Source: Thermodesulfobacteriota bacterium
GTDB taxonomy: Bacteria; Desulfobacterota; Desulfarculia; JACQYL01
NCBI GenBank assembly: GCA_963675595.2
Contig: CAXXLZ010000001.1
Coordinates: 1,472,001 to 1,536,000, forward strand
DNA: 64,000 bases
Reading direction: 5' to 3'
Shown: positions 10,806-21,327 of the stretch, piece by piece
Layout: every line of letters begins with the position of its first letter
Position numbering within the stretch: position 1 is the first letter of the stretch
Program-made: the position numbers and the translations under genes
Notes under the pieces: model-generated
What the model saw: the letters and a program-made list of their open reading frames with translations, nothing else
Database searches by the model: none
What the model was told of the DNA's origin: nothing

Positions 10806-12209
10806 TCAAAAAACAGGCGTAACCGGCAGTAAAATAGTAAATGTCGTCCCGAGTCCCGGCTCGCTTTTGACGGATATGGTTCCCTTGTGGGCTTTTATAA
10901 TATCATAAACAATGCTTAGCCCAAGTCCCGTGCCTTCACCCACAGGTTTTGTAGTAAAAAAGGGATCGAATATTCTGGATATCTGATTCTCCGGGATTCC
11001 TTTACCATTATCTCGAATTGCAATCTCAACAAACTCATCATCCGTAGGCCTTCCGGTGCAAACATGTCTGGTGGTTATGTAGATATCGCCGTTGCCTTCT
11101 ATCGCTTGGGCTGCATTCATGATCAAATTCATGAATACCTGGCTGAGTTTCTGCGGAAGGCACGTCACATCCGGCAGTTTTCCGTAGTCCTTAACGATAT
11201 TGGAGTGGTACTTTATTTGATTCCAAACCATATTTAGGGTGCTGTCGATAGACTGATGAACGTCTATGGGTTTGATTTCAGCTTCATCAAGACGAGCGAA
11301 TGTCTTCATATCGGTGACGATCTTTCCCACACGGTCGGTACCTTCAAGAGATTCATCTATCAACCCCTCGATATCGCTCATAATGAAGTCGATCTTCTTG
11401 TGCTTCTTGAAATCCCGGATTTTGGCAACCGAAGACAGCATCCCTTCGCAGCGATTCGAGACAATCATATCTTCCAGTGCATCATACTGTGACATGAGAT
11501 CAACAATTTTTTCGACATACTTTTTCAGAGCCGATAGGTTACCCTTGACAAATGATATGGGATTGTTGATCTCATGTGCGACGCCCGCAGCCAAAATGCC
11601 GATGGACGCCATCTTCTCCGACTGAACCAGGAGAGCCGTCTGCTTTTCCACCTTCTCCTCGAGATTTCGGTTCATGTCGGCAAGCTGTTCATTGGACGCT
11701 TGGAGCTGTCCGGTCAGAGATTCCCGCTCCCGCTCAAGGTTCCAAAGGCTGGTGAGTGAGCGTGCGAATTGCCGAATTTCTTCAGGATTGAACGGCTTTC
11801 TGAGGTAAAAGACGTCGTCCCTTCCGGTCGTTCGAATGATTTCTTCGGGGGTATATTCACTGAATGCCGAAACGATCACGATCTTTATTCGGGGATCCAT
11901 CGCCCAGATTCGCTCCGACGTTTCCGCGCCGTCCATTCCCGGCATCTTCATGTCCACAAAGGCTACAGCGAAAGGACGGTCTTGTGTAAGGCATTCCTCT
12001 ACCGCGTCAAGCGCGTGTTCTCCCGTCTCGACAACCGTCAGCTCGTAAGGCTCCCTTATGGCGGTCGTCTTCGCCGTCGGAGACTCCCCGAACAGGTCGG
12101 CCCCCATGGAAACGAAGTCTTCCCGTACGTCGGGAGAAAGGATATCCCGATATGAATCCCTGACACCAGGATCGTCGTCAACAATCAAAATGCTTCGGTT
12201 GTTTTCCAT
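10806..12209 (-). CDS. Hybrid response regulator-histidine kinase (REC-HisKA-HATPase)
   Basis: N-terminal REC (ILIVDDD, FVDMKMPGMDG), H-box AGVAHEINNP, FDPFFTTKPVGEGTGLGL. Confidence 0.95.
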   Translation of the reverse strand: MENNRSILIVDDDPGVRDSYRDILSPDVREDFVSMGADLFGESPTAKTTAIREPYELTVVETGEHALDAVEECLTQDRPFAVAFVDMKMPGMDGAETSERIWAMDPRIKIVIVSAFSEYTPEEIIRTTGRDDVFYLRKPFNPEEIRQFARSLTSLWNLERERESLTGQLQASNEQLADMNRNLEEKVEKQTALLVQSEKMASIGILAAGVAHEINNPISFVKGNLSALKKYVEKIVDLMSQYDALEDMIVSNRCEGMLSSVAKIRDFKKHKKIDFIMSDIEGLIDESLEGTDRVGKIVTDMKTFARLDEAEIKPIDVHQSIDSTLNMVWNQIKYHSNIVKDYGKLPDVTCLPQKLSQVFMNLIMNAAQAIEGNGDIYITTRHVCTGRPTDDEFVEIAIRDNGKGIPENQISRIFDPFFTTKPVGEGTGLGLSIVYDIIKAHKGTISVKSEPGLGTTFTILLPVTPVF

Positions 12210-12298
12210 AACTGGACTTTCCGGATTCCTTACAACTCACGGCCCGGGCTGAGTTCCTTCTGGGAGTGGCAGAAACCGAACATCGATTCCCGTTCAGG

Positions 12299-13546
12299 CT
12301 ATGCCCTGATACGAATGCGTTCGATGATGCGATCGACCTGGTGGTACTTGAAAAGTTTACTGATGAGTAACGGCGTCAATTCCGTGCCCTCGGCAAGCAA
12401 TAAACGGCCGTGATGACTTCTAATCGGAGAAGCAAGAACCATGCCCGGTTTCAGGTCATCCAGCCCCAGCCTCAAGTCGGACTCTTCGTTGGGGCGCACA
12501 CGTTCACCCAGCTCCAGGAAGGCGATCAATATATCCGGATCATATACCCGCCCCGCGGCGGACTTCAGTTGCTTCAGAGCTTCCTCACGGGGAAGTCCAT
12601 CTTTTTTCGTCAGATTGTCGAAGTCGTTCGCCAAGTGAATAATGCGGGCCCCCACGGGAATCTGAAAGTTCTTCAAAGCATCGGGATAGCCTGTTCCGTC
12701 CATGTTTTCGTGGTGGGCGCGCACCAGCACGGCAACCTCCTTCAATTCCTCGATTGCATCCAACGCCGCATGCCCCAACTCGGGGTGTTGCTGGATCAAG
12801 GCGATTTCCGGGGCGCTCATCTGTTCGCGCTTCTTGGTCAGCAGGTAGGGCGGGAGGCCGAACAGGCCCACATCATGCAGGATCGCGGCGGTTTCGATAA
12901 CCTGAATCTCCTTGTTATTGAAACCGTACCGACGGGCGATTTCGACGGAGAGCGCCGCAGTCCTTCGTGAGTGACCGGGCAAATCGGGGCTGAAAAGCTC
13001 CAGCATCTCGAGAAGTAACCGAAACGACTGATGAAAGCTCTTTTCCAGAGATTTCATCAACGCCCGAATCTGTTTCGTTCGTTGCTCGACCTGTTCTTCA
13101 AGGTCTTGGTTCAAAGCCGAGAGTTTCGCATTCTGTTCCTGCGTTAGGGCCAGCAGTTTTCTGTTTTCCTCGGCCAGCGAGTGGCGTCTGAAGGCGTTCC
13201 TTACCGTGAGCTTGAGCTCCGCGTCATCCCACGGTTTGCGAATGAAACGGTAAACGTGCCCTAGGTTGATCGCCGCCACGGCCGCGTCGATATCCGCATG
13301 ACCGGTCATGATGATACGGACGGCTTCAGGCCGGATTTCGGAGACCTTGGCCAGGAATTCGGTTCCCGTCATTTCCGGCATCAGTTGGTCCGAGACCACG
13401 ACCGCGATATCGTCTTCCCGCACGTGATCAAGGGCCGCCAAGGCGTCCGAGGCGGTCAACACCTCATACGGTTCGTCGACGAACAGCCTGCGCAGGGAAT
13501 TGAGGATGTTGGTTTCGTCGTCCAGAAATAGTATCTTCTCGGACAT
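12299..13546 (-). CDS. Response regulator with HD-GYP domain
   Basis: Start MSEKILFLDDE at 13546; REC, coiled coil, LHDVG, HHENMDGTGYP. Confidence 0.93.
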   Translation of the reverse strand: MSEKILFLDDETNILNSLRRLFVDEPYEVLTASDALAALDHVREDDIAVVVSDQLMPEMTGTEFLAKVSEIRPEAVRIIMTGHADIDAAVAAINLGHVYRFIRKPWDDAELKLTVRNAFRRHSLAEENRKLLALTQEQNAKLSALNQDLEEQVEQRTKQIRALMKSLEKSFHQSFRLLLEMLELFSPDLPGHSRRTAALSVEIARRYGFNNKEIQVIETAAILHDVGLFGLPPYLLTKKREQMSAPEIALIQQHPELGHAALDAIEELKEVAVLVRAHHENMDGTGYPDALKNFQIPVGARIIHLANDFDNLTKKDGLPREEALKQLKSAAGRVYDPDILIAFLELGERVRPNEESDLRLGLDDLKPGMVLASPIRSHHGRLLLAEGTELTPLLISKLFKYHQVDRIIERIRIRA

Positions 13547-13571
13547 GGCCCGCCCCTTTGAATTATATTGT

Positions 13572-16361
13572 TCATCCAGTCGACAAGACTCCGTCCGGGA
13601 CCGAACCCGCCGATGCCTCGCCGCCTCCCGTCGGGAACCATACCGTGGCTTTCGCACCCTTACCCGGTCCCGGACTGGTCAATTCCATCCTTCCTCTGTT
13701 TGCCTCCACGAACATGCGGCAATAATACAGGCCGAAACCGGACGATCCCTTGCTCGAACGGCCAAACTCGAAAAAACTCTCGGCCTCCTTTGGGTCCAAT
13801 CCCACACCGTTATCCGTAATGGAAAAACCCAGCCTTCCATTTCTGAAAAAGGTTTCAATGCGGATAAGCCGATCATCGTTTGGCCTCTTCGCCTGCTCGA
13901 TCGCCTCGTATCCGTTCTTAATGATGTTGATGATCACCTGCATTAGTCGATTCTTGTTGATCACCAGGGGTGGCACTTGAAAATTGCTTTCATACGTGAT
14001 TTTGATATTTCGTTTCTCCAACGCTCCGGTCTGCATTCGAGCCGCATCTTCTATGAGTCGTCTAAGAACGACACGTTCCTTGTTTTCTTGGTCATTAGAG
14101 GCATAGGACTGCTGCAGCGTCAATACTTCGGAGATGTATACCACACCGTCATCCAACCGGGATAGATTTTCCATGCGCTGCCGTTCGGTCTTTTTAAGTC
14201 CCAAAACCAGAGTGGTCATGTAATCAAAGACTTTACCGCCCCTTTCGTCCTCTCGAACATAATGCTGTAAATCATCCATATGCATGGTCAGGTCTTGGAT
14301 ACACTTCTCGAGGTATTGGACAAGTTGTTCCGTGGAATCTGCTTTCACACGATCCAGTTGAACTCGGATCGGTGTGACCGCGTTGCCTATGTTATGCAAT
14401 ACCATGGCAGCGAGTTGGGCTCGGCCTGCTTCCATCGCCTTGGTTACCAGTTCCTTCTGCGCGTCTTCCAGGTCTTGGGTCCGTTCGGCCACAAGCCGTT
14501 CGAGGTTCTCCCTGTATTCCGTGATTTGAATTTCGGCCGTCTTTTTGGGTGTGATGTCCATGTGGGTGCCCGCCATACGGATCGGCTCGCCCGACTCGTC
14601 CCTTTTCACCACTTGGCCGCGATCCAATATCCATTTCCAGCTCCCCGACTTGGTCTTGAGTCGGTGCTCGGACTCGTAATAAGGAGTTCTTCCCTCCAGA
14701 TGTGCTTCGAGTGTCTCCTCGACCCAGGGCCGGTCAGCGGGATGGACCAGTCGTTCCCATGAGGAAACGTGCGGAGCGATGTCTTCAACCTCGTACCCGA
14801 GCATGGACGCCCAGCGAGGACTGAATGTCACGTGTCCCGTCTGAAGGTCCCAGTCCCAAACCCCCAGGTCTCCTCCCTTTAAAGCCAGATTCAGCTGACG
14901 CCGATTTTCTTCCAGCGCCTCCTGATCCTTCTTCCTCCGCGTGACGTCCCGAAGAACCCCTTCGACGCATGCCCCGACGCCGTTTGGTCCCGGTATCAGC
15001 CTGGCGGTCATGGAGACGTCAATTGTATCGCCGTTCTTCCTGAGAAGTTTGAGTTCGTAATCGCTCACCGAACCCGACGTCTTCAGCGCATCGTTGACTC
15101 GACCCCATTGAGTAGGATCGGCAAAGAAATTCAAGGAAGGTTGTCCAATCAGTTCTTCCGGAACGTACCCGCCCTCGGTTCGAATCGACGGGCTGATAAT
15201 GACGACTCGTCCCTGCTCGTCGGTGCGAATGTAAACATCCTGGAAAGATTCGAAAATGGATCGATACTTGGCCTCACTTTCAGCTAAGGCTGTCTCGAAT
15301 CGCTTGCGTTCATCGATTTCCCGTTTGAGCTCGAGGTTCTTATCATGAATCAGCCCTTCGCGTTTGGCGGTCTCTTCCAGCCTCACTTGCAGGGCCGTAT
15401 TTCGATTACTAAAAAACCACAGACCGATGCCCCCGCCCAACAATAGAGCGGCGGTAATCCCCATGGCCGCCGGCAACACCCAGGGAGCATTCTCACCGAA
15501 AACTTCGCTCTCAGGTGTGATCATGGCTACGGAGAGGCATGTACCCTTAACCGGAGCGTGAACGGTCAGGGTATTTGGCTTCGTTCCTCGGTGGACTTGG
15601 GAAAAGGTTTCCGCGAGCGGTTCACTTCCTTCTATCATGGTGAATTCGGGGAGCGGTAAATAGGTACTTTGTCCCAAATGAAGCGCACCGTCCGGACACG
15701 AGATACCGAATTTCCTTTCGGAGGATGAGTCCTCGGGTTTCAGAAGATACTTGAACACCGGAGTCGGGGATATCCAGGCAAGAAGCCGCCCTTCGTAAGA
15801 ACCCTTGAAGGAGTATGCCATGGACACCATAGTGGTCAGAGCGCCGTCCGTATGTCGGGTCAGCAGAACCGGCAATGGAGTCGCCTGTGCCGCGTCGGGA
15901 GAAAGGTCCGATTGGAATTCCATGCCCCCGTTTGATTCCGGGCCGACATCCACGAGTAAGCTGCCATCCTTCTTCAAGAAAACAATGCGGGAATAGATCA
16001 GGTCGTCGTTGAACCGTTTTCGATCCAGCATCCTTTGAAATCTTTCCGTGATCGCCAACTCGCTGGCTTTGAGACCATACTCCATGGTCATTCCCAACGC
16101 TTGGTTCTCAAAGTACGCGGACAGTTCTCTGCATTCCGACAGGTTTTGTATGTCGTCATTTCGTTCGGCGAAAAAGTAGGCCACCGAAGTCGCAATACGG
16201 TCGCAGTCGGACTGCAACCGATATCCGGCGGATCGGCGAAGGCCGAGCTGAGAGTCATAGGTGGTCCACAACAGGACGCCAATCACGACGGTGAGCAGGC
16301 CTGCCGCAGCCATGGTTGCGGATCTGATTCGGCTTCTGAGGATTCCCCGCATCGGCGTCAT
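13572..16361 (-). CDS. Membrane PAS sensor histidine kinase with periplasmic (Cache-like) domain
   Basis: Two TM segments flank a roughly 250-aa periplasmic region; two PAS domains (GVWDWD..VHPADR), H-box LHNIGNA, DNGVG and GFGLY G-boxes. Confidence 0.92.
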   Translation of the reverse strand: MTPMRGILRSRIRSATMAAAGLLTVVIGVLLWTTYDSQLGLRRSAGYRLQSDCDRIATSVAYFFAERNDDIQNLSECRELSAYFENQALGMTMEYGLKASELAITERFQRMLDRKRFNDDLIYSRIVFLKKDGSLLVDVGPESNGGMEFQSDLSPDAAQATPLPVLLTRHTDGALTTMVSMAYSFKGSYEGRLLAWISPTPVFKYLLKPEDSSSERKFGISCPDGALHLGQSTYLPLPEFTMIEGSEPLAETFSQVHRGTKPNTLTVHAPVKGTCLSVAMITPESEVFGENAPWVLPAAMGITAALLLGGGIGLWFFSNRNTALQVRLEETAKREGLIHDKNLELKREIDERKRFETALAESEAKYRSIFESFQDVYIRTDEQGRVVIISPSIRTEGGYVPEELIGQPSLNFFADPTQWGRVNDALKTSGSVSDYELKLLRKNGDTIDVSMTARLIPGPNGVGACVEGVLRDVTRRKKDQEALEENRRQLNLALKGGDLGVWDWDLQTGHVTFSPRWASMLGYEVEDIAPHVSSWERLVHPADRPWVEETLEAHLEGRTPYYESEHRLKTKSGSWKWILDRGQVVKRDESGEPIRMAGTHMDITPKKTAEIQITEYRENLERLVAERTQDLEDAQKELVTKAMEAGRAQLAAMVLHNIGNAVTPIRVQLDRVKADSTEQLVQYLEKCIQDLTMHMDDLQHYVREDERGGKVFDYMTTLVLGLKKTERQRMENLSRLDDGVVYISEVLTLQQSYASNDQENKERVVLRRLIEDAARMQTGALEKRNIKITYESNFQVPPLVINKNRLMQVIINIIKNGYEAIEQAKRPNDDRLIRIETFFRNGRLGFSITDNGVGLDPKEAESFFEFGRSSKGSSGFGLYYCRMFVEANRGRMELTSPGPGKGAKATVWFPTGGGEASAGSVPDGVLSTG

Positions 16362-16392
16362 CGCAAATCGGTCCTCCTTGGAATCTCTTGGT

Positions 16393-17289
16393 CTATTGAA
16401 AGAATTCCGGGTAATAGGAGAATACGGCCGGATAGTATTTCTTTACCAAGGCCTGATAGGTTCCGCTCTTTTTGCTCTCACCAAGGAACTGGTTGAATGC
16501 GTGCCTCAAATGGGGAGACGTCTTGGCAAAGGCCGGCGCCATGCCTTGCATGGGAGACAACGGGCCGATGACCTTCACCTTACCGGGCCATTTCTCCAAT
16601 GCGATAAGCGCATCCGGCACGTCCAGCAGGGTGGCTTCCGCTTCTCCGGTGATCACCGCGGGAGCCAGCTCATTCAGATTGCCTGCGAACAATCTCGCTT
16701 CCGCACCGGCATCACCGAGCTTGTAAAGGGACGGCTCCAGGCAGGTGTTGGGCACGCCCAGGACCACGCGTCCCTTCAGTTGCTTCCTGACCAGGGCGAT
16801 ATCTTTGTTGATTTCACCTTGGGATCGGATGGGAGTCAATGCGGAGTCGGCCCCTGCGACCAACCAGATTTGTGTGGGAAAAGTCGGATCGGAATAGTCG
16901 ACCACCTTCTTTCTCCACGGCAACAACGTGAATCCGTTGGCAATGACGTCCCCCTTGATCGGAACCCTGCCTATGATTTCGACGTCGTCTCCAACCGTTT
17001 TGACCCTCTTCCCCGTCAGGTCTCCGATCAAATCCGCCCATGTGGTCTGGACATACTCATATTTCACGTCCAAATACGCTGAAAAGAGCTGCATCAGCTC
17101 CACATCGAGGCCGTCACCGGCGCCGGTGACGAAGTTTGCGTAGGGAACCCCAAGGTGCCGCAGTACGCCCGCCTGCTTCACTCCCGCCAGATCACCGCAG
17201 TAGGCGGCGATGCTCGCACCGAAAATCGTGACCAAAACGAGAAGGATGGTAAACATCCTTTTGGCGGCAAAGCATTTTCCTGTAATCAT
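16393..17289 (-). CDS. Periplasmic solute-binding protein (family 3-like), no permease nearby
   Basis: Signal peptide; GLDVELMQLF, GDVIANGFTLLPWR, DYSDPTF and C-terminal FNQFL..SGTYQALVKKY motifs. Confidence 0.85.
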   Translation of the reverse strand: MITGKCFAAKRMFTILLVLVTIFGASIAAYCGDLAGVKQAGVLRHLGVPYANFVTGAGDGLDVELMQLFSAYLDVKYEYVQTTWADLIGDLTGKRVKTVGDDVEIIGRVPIKGDVIANGFTLLPWRKKVVDYSDPTFPTQIWLVAGADSALTPIRSQGEINKDIALVRKQLKGRVVLGVPNTCLEPSLYKLGDAGAEARLFAGNLNELAPAVITGEAEATLLDVPDALIALEKWPGKVKVIGPLSPMQGMAPAFAKTSPHLRHAFNQFLGESKKSGTYQALVKKYYPAVFSYYPEFFQ

Positions 17290-17353
17290 CTTGTTTGTTC
17301 CTCCTGATTTGTAGGTTCACTTGAACGGGTTCTTCGCCCATGATGTATTATTA

Positions 17354-17761
17354 CTACCGACTTGCTTCGTCCTTCCGGAAAGCCGTTGAATTACCCGCAT
17401 AGACCACCCTTGTGGCGGCCGCCAGTATTTCCTTGGACAACGCTCGGAACCGTTCAAAGGAACCGAGAAAAACGGCTCCCGCTCTTCGAGCCGAAAACTC
17501 CGTTTGTTCCGAGGGGGGATCGAAGAGACAAATGAGTTTCGCCCGGGGAAACCGTTCATGCATGAGCGGGAAGATGTCCGTCTTGGGCGCAATCGAAACA
17601 ACGACCACGTCATAATCATCCCAAGGGAATGCGCGAGTATAAAGACAACTCTCGTCGATTCGGACAAGCCGATTGAAAAAACGAAACAGTATGGAAGCGA
17701 GAGACGCTTCGTTCTCGGCATCCGTACCAATCACCAATACGCTTTCCATGGCAGCGGGCAA
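17354..17761 (-). CDS. Small hypothetical protein, possibly a degenerate receiver-like domain
   Basis: RBS AAGGAAG before the TTG start; first gene after a sigma54 promoter; alpha/beta pattern (SVLVIG, DVVVVS, KLICLFD, ARRAGAVFLG). Confidence 0.55.
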   Translation of the reverse strand: MPAAMESVLVIGTDAENEASLASILFRFFNRLVRIDESCLYTRAFPWDDYDVVVVSIAPKTDIFPLMHERFPRAKLICLFDPPSEQTEFSARRAGAVFLGSFERFRALSKEILAAATRVVYAGNSTAFRKDEASR

Positions 17762-17828
17762 TGCACTTCTTCCTTTATGATTCCCCGGTTAAGTCGCTTT
17801 AGGAGCGAAACCGCTCTTATTTAGAACA

Positions 17829-17844
17829 AGCAAATTCCGTGCCT
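17829..17844 (-). promoter_or_regulatory. sigma54 promoter for the SBP/kinase/HD-GYP operon
   Basis: Minus strand AGGCACGGAATTTGCT is a near-consensus GGCACG-N4-TTGC. Confidence 0.8.
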
Positions 17845-17906
17845 GAAAGTAAGTTGGGCACCTACCAAGGAAACATGCGCAACGAGCGGCGTATTCCTTC
17901 AGGGGG

Positions 17907-17954
17907 CACTCAAATTGATCGAGATGTAGGCAGATAATCCTATCAATATGACAG
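17907..17954. promoter_or_regulatory. Two putative enhancer palindromes (TCA-N3-TGA)
   Basis: CACTCAAATTGATCG (17907-17921) and CTATCAATATGACAG (17940-17954) lie 65-110 bp upstream of the sigma54 promoter. Confidence 0.5.
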
Positions 17955-18198
17955 ACCTGCCTGCGCGCCAAGGACGCCGCCATGGCGTTCCGGTCAAGAG
18001 ATCCAACTACGACTTCGGCGCCTCGGATAACGAGTTCGTTCTTCTGTCGAAATATCGGCGTCGGAGAAGTTGATCATAAAACGAAATTGTAGGAGGCGGA
18101 AACGGAAAGAACGTATGGCTCGTCGTCCGGGTTGGACTCGTCTTGCATAAATCGTTTCGAGTTCTGATGCTCCGAGAAGTGGTTTCCGGTTGGGAGGA

Positions 18199-19566
18199 CT
18201 ATCCGGCGATGCGGTATTTCTTCAGCTTGCGATAGAGGGTCGCTTCACCTATGTCGAGCAACGACGCGGCTTTCTTTCTGTTGCCGCCGCTTGCTTCAAG
18301 GGCGTTTCGAATGGCCCGACATTCATATTCGGCGAGGGTCGTACAGGTTTCTTGATCATGGCCGGCGTGAGCGGAATCTCCACAAGCTTGAATCTCCGCG
18401 GGAAGATCGCAAGGCGAAATGGAGACGCCGCGCCCTAAAGCTGCGGCCCGTCGAATTACGTTTTCCAGCTCACGAACATTTCCCGGCCATCCATAGTTTT
18501 CCAGGCAAACCAGGGACTTTTCAGAAATATCCTTTACCGACAGACCGGACGAAGAAAATCGTTCAATGAAGTAGCGCGTCAGAAGCGGAATGTCTCCTCC
18601 CCGTTTCCGCAAGGGGGGAGATTCCACTTTCACCACATTCAGCCGATAATACAGATCCTCCCGAAAACGGGAGGAACGGACCTCTTCCTCAAGGTTTCGG
18701 TTGGTGGCGGCCAGTATCCGGATGTCCACCGGGTGGCTGCGGGTTCCGCCCACAGGCCGGACCTCGCGTTCCTGGATGGTCCGGAGCAGCTTGGCCTGTA
18801 GGCTTAAGGGCAGCTCTCCCACCTCGTCCAGAAACAGCGTACCTTTGTCCGCCGAACGAATCAGGCCCAAGGTCGCCACGTGGGCTCCCGTAAATGCGCC
18901 CTTCACGTGGCCGAAGAGCTCGCTTTCGATAACGGTCTCGCTGATGGCGGCACAATCTACAGGCACAAAGATTTCTTTGGACCTTGTGCTATGATGATGT
19001 ATCGCCCTGGCCACTAGCTCCTTGCCCGTACCGGTCTCACCCTCGATCAAAACCGGTACGTCCGAAGCCCCCACCTGGACGATGGTCTCCTTCAACTTTG
19101 AAATCGCTTCGGAGTTCCCAACCAGTCGGTCAAAACCAAATCGGAAGGCGGCCTGTTCGCGCAGTCGCCGATTTTCCCTCTCCAGACACCAGATTTGGTG
19201 AAGCTGGGCCACTCGTGCCCTGAGCCCCTCGGGGGAAAAGGGCTTTTCCAGGAAATCGGAAGCTCCCTTTTGAATCGCCGCCACGGCCTCTTGAACGCCC
19301 CCGTGCCCCGTGAGCATGATGATGTGTGTCCGGGGATGACGCCTCTTGATTTCCTCTAAAAGCGCCATTCCGTCCATACCGGGCATTTTAAGGTCCAAAA
19401 TGGCTAGATCAACCCTTGTGACCGCAAGACAGGCAAGCGCTTCCTGTGCGTTTTCCGCCCCACGGATAACGAAGTCCGTATCATAGAAGACCCGCTTCAA
19501 AGAACGGATCACGGATATTTCGTCATCGACCACAAGCAGAGAATAGTTCGCGGATTCACCGAGCAT
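18199..19566 (-). CDS. NtrC-family sigma54-dependent response regulator
   Basis: [46 protein letters not shown] and a Fis-type HTH. Start shortened to ATG 19566. Confidence 0.95.
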   Translation of the reverse strand: MLGESANYSLLVVDDEISVIRSLKRVFYDTDFVIRGAENAQEALACLAVTRVDLAILDLKMPGMDGMALLEEIKRRHPRTHIIMLTGHGGVQEAVAAIQKGASDFLEKPFSPEGLRARVAQLHQIWCLERENRRLREQAAFRFGFDRLVGNSEAISKLKETIVQVGASDVPVLIEGETGTGKELVARAIHHHSTRSKEIFVPVDCAAISETVIESELFGHVKGAFTGAHVATLGLIRSADKGTLFLDEVGELPLSLQAKLLRTIQEREVRPVGGTRSHPVDIRILAATNRNLEEEVRSSRFREDLYYRLNVVKVESPPLRKRGGDIPLLTRYFIERFSSSGLSVKDISEKSLVCLENYGWPGNVRELENVIRRAAALGRGVSISPCDLPAEIQACGDSAHAGHDQETCTTLAEYECRAIRNALEASGGNRKKAASLLDIGEATLYRKLKKYRIAG

Positions 19567-19893
19567 AGGGTCTGTAATGCCATGAATGTCACGGGAAATC
19601 AACGGGGGAATCATTTTGATAGACGGCACTTCGGGGCCGTGGATGCGCACAAGGCGACCACCGGTCAACAACTTGATATTTCATGGATTTCTATTCTTGT
19701 TCTTGAGCCGGCATTATCTATGCATTTCGGCCAGGAAGTAATTCAGAAGAAGGTGGCCATCATCCTGACGAGTTTCAGCTGGATAAGGTAGACAAGCATG
19801 CTCTTATTCAAAACTATTTCAGTCAACCATCTTTAAAGTCACAATTTTGTTGAAATAGTACCATGACTTAAATGGATATGGGGGTCTGTTTTT

Positions 19894-20397
19894 ATGGAAA
19901 CTGAACAGTCAAGATTCGATGAAATTACGTCTTCCGATTCCAAATACTTGGAGTTTTTAATTGATGAGGATTCATATGCAATTGAAATACTTAAAATAAG
20001 GGAAATCATAGGAATGATGGATATAACCAACATTCCAAAGACACCTGAATACATCAAAGGAGTCATTAATTTACGAGGCAAAGTAATACCGATCATGGAC
20101 CTCCGTGGTCGTTTCGGAATGGGCTTAATAGACTATACGGATCGAACCTGCATCATTGTAGTGGATATTTCCGTGAGCGGAGCGCCCCTACGAGTCGGAC
20201 TCGTCGTGGATAAAGTGTCCGAAGTGCTCAACATAAGTGGTGATGAAATTGCCCAACCACCCGATTTCGGCCCCCATTCAAGAATGGATTTCATACTGGG
20301 AATGGCCAAGAATAAAGGGGATGTAAAAATACTGCTCGACATCGATAAGGTGCTTTCGTGCAAGGAGGCGGACCTATTAGGCCAAGCCGGAAACTGA
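19894..20397 (+). CDS. cheW: Chemotaxis coupling protein CheW
   Basis: IREIIG, IPKTPEYIKGVINLRGKVIPIMDLR, GLVVDKVSEV. Confidence 0.95.
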   Translation: METEQSRFDEITSSDSKYLEFLIDEDSYAIEILKIREIIGMMDITNIPKTPEYIKGVINLRGKVIPIMDLRGRFGMGLIDYTDRTCIIVVDISVSGAPLRVGLVVDKVSEVLNISGDEIAQPPDFGPHSRMDFILGMAKNKGDVKILLDIDKVLSCKEADLLGQAGN

Positions 20398-20535
20398 GTC
20401 GAATAGAATCTATTTAGATGAAATGAGATAGTGATTGATTTATCAAAGTTTTCGTAAACCTATCGATTCCATTCATTTGGAGTCCCATGTTAAGAATCAT
20501 GCGATTCCAAGACAGTCCAAAGGAGAGAACAAATC

Positions 20536-21327
20536 ATGAGAAAGCAGTGGAGTATCGGCAAAAAACTTATTTTATCCTTCGTTTCAGTGGCGTTGATCAC
20601 ATTGGTACTCGGGTTCATCGGCTATTACAGCGCCGTAAAAAGTAGGCAGAGTGTCAACGAGTTGGGAATGGTCAGGCTTCCCAGTGTGAGTGCGCTGTTG
20701 ACCATCGCTCAGGCGCAGACGACCATTGATAGAGTGGAAAACGCGCTACTGAGCCGGTCTCTGGACGTGGCTCAACGGGAGAAACGTTACGATAAACTAT
20801 CCAAGGCGTGGAATCGTATCGAAAAAGCCTGGAATATCTATGAAGCGCTTCCCCAGACGGAAGAGGAGGCAAGGGTTTGGAAGGAATTCGTCCCGGCGTG
20901 GCGGAACTGGAAAAAGGATCATGAGGCCTACCTGGTCCTCTGCAAGGATTATGATCGAGCCGTCTCCATTCAAGACGGAACTGCGGACGGCATGCACTCC
21001 CGAATGTCTCAACAGACACTGGTCGTTAATCCCATCACCTTAGCCAAAGCCGAAGAACTGATCAACAGGCTTGTGGAGATAAACGAGTCGGTAGCGGAAG
21101 CGGCCACCAAGAACGCGAGCGTGAGAGCGAGCTTCGTTCAAGGCCTCAGTCTTGCGGCCATGATCTTGGGCGTGGGCTTGTCCCTTGCCATGGGCATCCT
21201 CATTACCCGAAGCATCACCAAGAATATTCATCGAATCGTATCAGGCTTGAGTGAGGCATCTGAACAGGTGAGTGCGGCCGCCTCCCAGGTTTCTTCCGCG
21301 AGTCAGTCTCTGGCAGAGGGCGCATCG
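20536..21327 (+). pseudogene. MCP with four-helix-bundle sensor, truncated before the signalling domain
   Basis: TM-4HB-TM followed by ASEQVSAAASQVSSASQSLAEGAS, then an abrupt switch into an IS end at 21328. Confidence 0.88.
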
